Virus record (IMG/VR): IMGVR_UViG_2547132271_000006
Reading direction: 5' to 3' (one strand)
DNA length: 12,376 bases
Origin: a virus
Taxonomy: Duplodnaviria > Heunggongvirae > Uroviricota > Caudoviricetes
Part shown: piece after piece, positions 6,929 to 12,376 of the stretch
Position numbering within the stretch: the stretch's first letter is position 1
How the letters are laid out: every line of letters starts with the position of its first letter
Notes under the pieces: generated by a model
What the model was told of the DNA's origin: nothing
What the model saw: the letters and a program-made list of their open reading frames with translations, nothing else
The model's database searches: none
Made by a program: the position numbers and the translations under genes

Positions 6929-6989
6929 TTGGTTAATCTCATTCAATACCGATTAATTCCGGCGGTGTAGGAATACTGGCATGATGAGA

Positions 6990-7055
6990 TAGGGTGAGGG
7001 CAACACTATTTAGGGTGAGGGTAGGTTACCGTGAGGGTCCGGGGTGGTTACCCTC
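6990..7055. repeat. AGGGTGAGGG direct repeats plus GAGGGT...ACCCTC inverted repeat in the intergenic region upstream of alpA (candidate operator)
   Basis: AGGGTGAGGG at 6991-7000 and 7012-7021, GTGAGGG at 7031-7037, inverted ACCCTC at 7050-7055, GGTTACC at 7024-7030 and 7046-7052. Confidence 0.4.
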
Positions 7056-7065
7056 TCGGTAGATG

Positions 7066-7794
7066 TTAAGCCACTTTTGATGGGGTGCGATCGATTGGGC
7101 AAGCGATTTTTTCGATAGCTTTGGCTGTGGATTCAACAAATCCGTAACTGGTTTTAAGCTCTGTAATTATGGCCTGCTGGTTAACTCTGGTGCCATTATT
7201 GTTAGGGTCATACTCTGCCCATTCACAATTCCTTATCCTGATAGCCTGATACAGAGGGTCTCTTTCTACGCCTCCGATAAACTTACCCAAGTGAAGAGGA
7301 TACGATTTTTTTAAAACCTCAATATCTCTTTCTAGTGCGGTAATTTTATTCTTAAGTTCGGATATCACTTGTGATTCTTGATTTGTACGTGATGGCGGCT
7401 GTAATCCCACTTCGTAGGGGGGGGTAATTATAATGGCATTATATTCTATGAACTCATTTTCAACCCAAGGCCAGATGTCCTTTGCCAGAAAGTTAGCATC
7501 AACTATATGTGTGTCGATATTAATATCGTCATTTTTAACTAAGCTTAAGGCATCAACTGGGAGATTCCATGAAGGGTCAGTATATGTGTAGGCTTTCAGT
7601 GGGATAACTTCTTTCAATTTAATAGCTTGACATATAATTTCTTTGAATGTTGAAGCTTTCTCATCGCTAATGTAGCCACTGACAATATTTGGATCAAGAG
7701 TATCGTACTCACCGGATAAGCCTGCCATAACTAAAGCTGCTTGTTCTAATGTCACAATTCTGAGTCGTTTAATATGGAAAGGTAAATCAATCAT
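7066..7794 (-). CDS. Hypothetical cargo protein, 242 aa, markedly AT-rich; no recognisable motif; central predicted coiled-coil segment
   Basis: Track ORF 7066..7797 (track start is GTG; ATG at 7794 has a GAGGTG RBS); GC content clearly below the flanking element genes; sits between int and alpA. Confidence 0.7.
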   Translation of the reverse strand: MIDLPFHIKRLRIVTLEQAALVMAGLSGEYDTLDPNIVSGYISDEKASTFKEIICQAIKLKEVIPLKAYTYTDPSWNLPVDALSLVKNDDINIDTHIVDANFLAKDIWPWVENEFIEYNAIIITPPYEVGLQPPSRTNQESQVISELKNKITALERDIEVLKKSYPLHLGKFIGGVERDPLYQAIRIRNCEWAEYDPNNNGTRVNQQAIITELKTSYGFVESTAKAIEKIACPIDRTPSKVA

Positions 7795-7974
7795 CACGCC
7801 ACCTCACGCCCTCTATCATGGAGGCCGCGCCAACCCGCAGAGGTGTACGGGAATTCGGGAGCTACCCTAGACGCGGCTTATTCTGTTACCGTCGGCTTTC
7901 TTCGGTTTTGCCCATGATAGATCGTTTTCTGAACGCTTGCATTGCAAGACTGTGTGAATAATCAGCTTGTGTTT

Positions 7975-9216
7975 TTATACAGCTCTAATTCCTCTCATTC
8001 CTGTTGCTAGTGTCACTCCCGTGGATGCGGTTTCCACAAATTCCCCCCACCAGCGCATCAACACAATACGCTTTTCAAGATAGTTACTCCGGTTATATGC
8101 CCTGCGAACTTCATTGGTGTCTACATGTGCCAGCGCCGCTTCTATCACATCAGGATCGAAGCCTTCTTCGTTGGCTGCGGTGCTGAATATGGCCCGTAAC
8201 CCGTGGGAAACAAGGACGCCTTGATACCCCATACGCCTTAACGCAGCATTGGCGCTTTGGCTGCTCATAGGTAATGTCGGTTTTTTAAAGCTGGGGAACA
8301 CATATTCACGATGGGCGCTAATAGGCTTCATTGCTTCCAGCACGGCTAATGCCTGCTCACATAAGGGAATGATGTGATCCCGGCGCATCTTCATGCGACC
8401 TGCTGGAATCGTCCAGGTTTTATCCGTCAGGTTGATTTCTTCCCATCGTGTTTCTGCTGCCTCTACAGGTCGCGTGACGGTTAAAAGCTGCCATTCAATG
8501 AGTAATCGCGTTTGCCGCTCTATGCTGGCAATGGATAGTGTCTGCATGAGGTCGGGTAACTGCTCCGGCCTGATGGTTGGCATATGTTTTTTAACTGGGG
8601 TAGGGAAGGCCTTTCTGACATTTGAGGCGGTATTGATCTCTATCAGTCCACTATTGGCGGCAAAATCCATCACTTCATTGATGCGCTGTAGAACGCGTTT
8701 TAGTGTTTCAAGATTGCCCCGCGCTTTAATCGGCTCCAGAACGGTGACGAACTTACGGGCCGTCAGTTCGTTAATGGGAGTATTTCCAATGTCAGGGAAT
8801 ACGTACTTTTCCAGCGAACGCCATATGTCTTTGATGGTATTGGCAGCAAGGTTCTGGCTTTTTTTCATCTCGTACCAGTCAGCGGCGACCTTTTTGAATG
8901 TGTTCCCCCGGCGCAGTTCCTCTGCTTCACGTTTTTGTTGCTGGTGGTGTTGTGGATCAATATCTCGGGCTAAAAGTGATTTAGCTTTCTCTCTACGTTC
9001 TCTGGCATCCGCTAAAGAAAGATCAGGATAATTACCAAGAGTCCATGTAGTACGCTTGCCAGTATCAGGCTTGTAGTAACGAAGCTGCCATGTCTTCACC
9101 CCCGAAGGTTTTACGATCAGAATTAATCCGCCACCATCGGTAAGGGTGGTTTCTTTATCGTGAGCTTTGGCATTTTTTATTTGAGTGGCGGTGAGTGGGG
9201 CGGTTTTGATGGCCAT
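7975..9216 (-). CDS. int: P4-type tyrosine integrase (site-specific recombinase), 413 aa
   Basis: N-terminal arm-binding-type domain (LTDGGGLILIVKPSGVKTWQLRY), C-terminal catalytic region with HGLRAIFST (H-x-x-R) and catalytic Tyr context (RRAYNRSNYLEKR); adjacent to tRNA 3' end. Confidence 0.9.
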   Translation of the reverse strand: MAIKTAPLTATQIKNAKAHDKETTLTDGGGLILIVKPSGVKTWQLRYYKPDTGKRTTWTLGNYPDLSLADARERREKAKSLLARDIDPQHHQQQKREAEELRRGNTFKKVAADWYEMKKSQNLAANTIKDIWRSLEKYVFPDIGNTPINELTARKFVTVLEPIKARGNLETLKRVLQRINEVMDFAANSGLIEINTASNVRKAFPTPVKKHMPTIRPEQLPDLMQTLSIASIERQTRLLIEWQLLTVTRPVEAAETRWEEINLTDKTWTIPAGRMKMRRDHIIPLCEQALAVLEAMKPISAHREYVFPSFKKPTLPMSSQSANAALRRMGYQGVLVSHGLRAIFSTAANEEGFDPDVIEAALAHVDTNEVRRAYNRSNYLEKRIVLMRWWGEFVETASTGVTLATGMRGIRAV

Positions 9217-9230
9217 AGGGCTAGCTCGCT

Positions 9231-9305
9231 TGGGACTTGGTAATGTTTTGGGACTAGGATTTTTAGGACTAGCCGCTATCTAGTCCCAAATTTAGTCCCA
9301 AAAAT
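9231..9305. repeat. Dyad of four TAGTCCCAAA-type sites upstream of int (two inverted, two direct); candidate operator / integrase arm sites
   Basis: TGGGACTA at 9249-9256, TAGGACTA at 9265-9272, TAGTCCCAAA at 9281-9290, TAGTCCCAAAAA at 9294-9305, plus GGGACT at 9232-9237. Confidence 0.5.
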
Positions 9306-9422
9306 TCCGGCTGTAAACGGTTAATACCGATATCTACAGGCATTAAAAAACCCGCAAACTCAGAGAGAATGCGGGTTCTTAAGGGGTTTCCGTATGTATC
9401 CGATACATCCAGAATAATGATT

Positions 9423-9499
9423 TGGTCGGCACGAGAGGATTTGAACCTCCGACCCCCGACACCCCATGACGGTGCGCTACCAGGCTGCGCTACGTGCCG
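9423..9499 (-). tRNA. proL: tRNA-Pro (anticodon GGG), integration target of the element
   Basis: Reverse complement reads CGGCACGTAGCGCAGCCTGGTAGCGCACCGTCATGGGGTGTCGGGGGTCGGAGGTTCAAATCCTCTCGTGCCGACCA, a 77-nt cloverleaf-compatible sequence with encoded CCA. Confidence 0.9.
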
Positions 9500-9513
9500 A
9501 CTCGTGGCTGCTT

Positions 9514-9541
9514 ATACTACCGTTTTCCACAACGATTGCAA
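9514..9541 (-). promoter_or_regulatory. Candidate sigma70 promoter of proL
   Basis: Minus-strand TTGCAA (9536-9541), 16-nt spacer, TAGTAT (9514-9519), about 14 nt upstream of the mature tRNA 5' end. Confidence 0.45.
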
Positions 9542-9573
9542 GTAAGATATTTTGCTAACTGATTTATAATTAA

Positions 9574-11334
9574 TCAGTTAGCGATGAAACGCTTCTCGTC
9601 TGTCAGCACTTGCAATAACAAACTTAACTGTGGTTTTTCGTCTTTCACTCTTTCGCCACGTAAGTTGTAAGTGCGGTATTTACCGTTATTGTTCAATACC
9701 AGCGTCATTTTCGGGGTGGTAATTGCCAGCGTATCGTTATCCGCAGCTGTAACCCAGTAATGACGGCGCTCAGGGTTGAACAAATCCTGACCTTGCGAAT
9801 ATTCGCTCGCCGGTGTGCTGACGTGTAGCAGACGTTGCATCAGCGTGGTCATCAGATCGGTATGGTCGGTCAGGGTATTAATTCGCTGTGCCGGTGTGCC
9901 TGGCCAGTGAATCACTAACGGCACCTGAAGATGACCGTGGGACCAGTCAAAGGTTTCTTCCTCTTCGCTCAGCGGAATACCCCGACCGGCAGTAATAATC
10001 ACCACCGTATTGTCCAGCTTGCCGGACGCTTTCAGCGCATCAAGCACGCGGTTAATCTGGTCATCGACATTACCTGCCGCGCGGCTATATTTCCGTGTAA
10101 ATGCTTGCTGGTTGCTGTCGTCAATGTTGGTGCCATTGAAAGATACCCATGAGAACCAGCGATTATCTTCTTGCGCGTAGCGGCTCAGCCAGTTGATCCA
10201 CTGTGTGGCTGTCTGCTCATCGGATTGCGTGCGAACGCTCGGCATTGAGAAGTCTGACAACAATGCCTGACGATACAACGGGCTGGTAAAGCCATCGGAT
10301 GAGAATAATCCCAGTTGATAGCCTTGCTGGTTAAGCGCGGTAATTAATGCCGCAGGCGTACGGGTCGACAGAATGCCGTCCATATAACTTGGCGATATGC
10401 CATAGAACAGGCCAAAGATGCCGTTGTCTGTCGTGTTGCCGGAACTCATATGGCGCGTGAACGAAATATTTTGCTCAGCAAAACCGGCCAGCGCAGGCAT
10501 CTGCTTCTCAAAGCGTGAGTAGTTCAGGCCATCGACAGTAATCAGCAAGACGTTTTGCCCGGTGCCCATATCGCGGTAGCGCAGCTCGCTTAACGGATAC
10601 TGTACGGAAACGGCATCTGGATTGCCTTGCTCAATAAGACGACGTTGATACTCTTGCGCATCAAGCAGACCATGCTTCTCAAGAAAACGTCGCGCCGTCA
10701 TTGGATACGAAAGCGGCAGGTTGGCGCGCTGCATGGTGATTGGGCGATAGAAGTTAGCATCGGCCCAGATATACACCACATGCGAGGCGATAAAGGCGAT
10801 GAATAAGAATGCGGCCAGCGGACGGGCGAAGCGCCGACGACGTGTCAGGCTGCGCAGCTTTTGCCAGCTCCACGTCGCAAACACCAGTTCAAGCAATAAA
10901 ATAACCGGCACGCTGATGAACATCAGCTGCCAGTCGCGCGCCATCTCATTTTCGTCCGGGTTGATAACCAGCTGCCAGACGATGGGATTAAGATGGAGAT
11001 GGAAACGGGTAAAGACTTCGCTATCGATCAGTAATAGCGTCATTCCCGCCGTTGCCAGAATGACGGACAAAAACCTCATCAGCCTCTGGGAGCCGACAAT
11101 AAAGGTCAGCGGGAAGAGGATCAGCAAATAGGTGGCGAACACCAGGAAGCTGAAATGACCGATAATGCTTACGTAGGAATAAATACGACCCGCAAGCGTT
11201 GTCGGCCAGTCGGCGATAAACAGGTAACGGCTGCCAATGACGAGCGAAAGCAGAATATTGAACAGTGCAAACCAGTGCCCCCAACTGACCATCTGGGAGA
11301 CTTTTTCACGGTAGCGCTGACGATGAGTTACCAT
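9574..11334 (-). CDS. yejM: Inner-membrane protein YejM/PbgA (LapC), sulfatase-like periplasmic domain, 586 aa
   Basis: Track ORF; N-terminal multi-pass hydrophobic region followed by a soluble domain; length and sequence as expected for enterobacterial YejM; synteny with yejL/yejK/proL. Confidence 0.9.
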   Translation of the reverse strand: MVTHRQRYREKVSQMVSWGHWFALFNILLSLVIGSRYLFIADWPTTLAGRIYSYVSIIGHFSFLVFATYLLILFPLTFIVGSQRLMRFLSVILATAGMTLLLIDSEVFTRFHLHLNPIVWQLVINPDENEMARDWQLMFISVPVILLLELVFATWSWQKLRSLTRRRRFARPLAAFLFIAFIASHVVYIWADANFYRPITMQRANLPLSYPMTARRFLEKHGLLDAQEYQRRLIEQGNPDAVSVQYPLSELRYRDMGTGQNVLLITVDGLNYSRFEKQMPALAGFAEQNISFTRHMSSGNTTDNGIFGLFYGISPSYMDGILSTRTPAALITALNQQGYQLGLFSSDGFTSPLYRQALLSDFSMPSVRTQSDEQTATQWINWLSRYAQEDNRWFSWVSFNGTNIDDSNQQAFTRKYSRAAGNVDDQINRVLDALKASGKLDNTVVIITAGRGIPLSEEEETFDWSHGHLQVPLVIHWPGTPAQRINTLTDHTDLMTTLMQRLLHVSTPASEYSQGQDLFNPERRHYWVTAADNDTLAITTPKMTLVLNNNGKYRTYNLRGERVKDEKPQLSLLLQVLTDEKRFIAN

Positions 11335-11353
11335 AACCTGTTATCTGTTTCCC

Positions 11354-11581
11354 TTAGTGCGCTTTGTCTTCGTTGATAGAGGACTGTAAGGCGCGGGCAA
11401 AAGAGTTGGCAATCGCCTGGCGCTGAGCCGGGGCAATGCTGGTGTTGATAAGGTTGGTGACCATATTGCCTAACACCATCAGGGAAAGGTCGGTCGGAGC
11501 CTTATGTTTTTCCAGTACGTTGAGCAGCTCTGCGAGCAATTGTTCAACCTGTTCATCACTGTAGCGGGAAATTTGTGGCAT
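11354..11581 (-). CDS. yejL: UPF0352 family protein YejL, 75 aa
   Basis: Track ORF; 19-bp gap to yejM; conserved position. Confidence 0.85.
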
Positions 11582-11762
11582 AAATCGAAATCAGTTAGTT
11601 GATGAAAGGGCAACATATTACCGTAGCAACGGTTTTTTTTCTGCTTTTTTATACTTTAAATCATTCGCGTTACGCCACCTTCTGTAAAATGACCGCCATC
11701 TTTTATTGCGTCGCTTAACCGGCGGTGGTTGAATACCGCCCGGTCTTAAAGGAGAGTTTATC

Positions 11763-12376
11763 ATGAGTCTGGATATCAACCAGATTGCTCTGCACCAGCT
11801 TATCAAGCGTGATGAGCAGAACCTTGAGCTGGTGCTGCGCGATTCATTGCTGGAACCGACGGAAACCGTCGTTGAGATGGTGGCAGAGCTGCATCGTGTC
11901 TATAGCGCCAAGAACAAAGCCTACGGTTTGTTTAGCGAGGAGAGTGAGCTGGCGCAGACGCTGCGCTTACAGCGTCAGGGCGAAGAAGACTTTCTGGCAT
12001 TTAGCCGGGCAGCAACTGGTCGCCTGCGTGACGAACTGGCGAAATATCCTTTTGCTGACGGCGGCTTCGTGCTGTTTTGTCACTATCGCTATCTGGCGGT
12101 TGAGTATTTGCTGATTTGCGTACTGAACAATTTAAGCAGTATGCGCGTTAACGAAAACCTCGACATCAACCCGACCCATTATCTCGATATTAATCATGCG
12201 GATATTGTTGCGCGTATCGATTTAACCGAATGGGAAACCAATCCAGAATCGACCCGTTATCTTACTTTCCTGAAAGGGCGGGTAGGGCGCAAAGTGGCTG
12301 ATTTCTTTATGGACTTCCTCGGTGCCAGCGAAGGGTTGAATGCGAAAGCGCAAAACCGTGGTCTGTTACAGGCGGG
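11763..12376 (+). CDS. yejK: Nucleoid-associated protein YejK (NdpA), N-terminal ~204 codons; runs off the window end
   Basis: ATG at 11763 preceded by AGGAG; open frame to the window end ([32 protein letters not shown]...); divergent from yejL. Confidence 0.85.
   Translation, partial: MSLDINQIALHQLIKRDEQNLELVLRDSLLEPTETVVEMVAELHRVYSAKNKAYGLFSEESELAQTLRLQRQGEEDFLAFSRAATGRLRDELAKYPFADGGFVLFCHYRYLAVEYLLICVLNNLSSMRVNENLDINPTHYLDINHADIVARIDLTEWETNPESTRYLTFLKGRVGRKVADFFMDFLGASEGLNAKAQNRGLLQA

Larger units (their letters stand above)
898..9447 (-). mobile_element. P4-like / PICI-like integrative element (satellite-type genomic island, ~8.5 kb) inserted at tRNA-Pro
   Basis: Tyrosine integrase adjacent to tRNA 3' end, AlpA-like regulator, primase/helicase-like replication gene with downstream iterons, flanking imperfect direct repeats of the tRNA 3' end, GC-content mosaic. 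Confidence 0.75.

Noticed and set aside
8393-9031. 212-aa plus-strand ORF antisense to int
   Set aside because: Lies entirely within the well-supported integrase gene on the opposite strand; Ser/Arg-rich composition typical of an antisense frame.
11618-11806. 62-aa minus-strand ORF in the yejL-yejK divergent promoter region
   Set aside because: Overlaps the yejK start and its RBS; basic low-complexity translation; the region is intergenic in the conserved backbone.

Overview
Enterobacterial (Escherichia-like) chromosome segment with backbone order narP - tRNA-Pro (proL) - yejM - yejL - yejK, interrupted by an ~8.5 kb integrative element (about 898..9447) inserted at the 3' end of proL. All element genes are on the minus strand: a P4-type tyrosine integrase next to the tRNA, an AT-rich 242-aa cargo gene of unknown function directly downstream of int, an AlpA-like small regulator, a chain of tightly coupled small ORFs, and a 713-aa P-loop primase/helicase-like replication protein. 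Downstream of the replication gene lies a 12-copy array of 9-bp iterons with 21-bp phasing (putative origin), followed by ~1.3 kb of repeat-dense non-coding DNA and a decayed copy of the tRNA 3' end marking the distal boundary. The overall picture is a P4-like or PICI-like satellite/integrative island lacking recognisable capsid-remodelling genes. The most promising candidates for something undescribed are (i) the low-GC 242-aa gene in the integrase-proximal position, where satellite elements typically carry anti-phage cargo, (ii) an RNA-level regulatory module (intrinsic terminator plus a triple complementary 9-mer set that can sequester a ribosome-binding site) inside the replication operon, and (iii) the repeat-rich non-coding block distal to the origin. 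All functional calls are from reading the sequence and from memory of protein families; no database search or folding computation was run. No CRISPR array and no rRNA gene are present.
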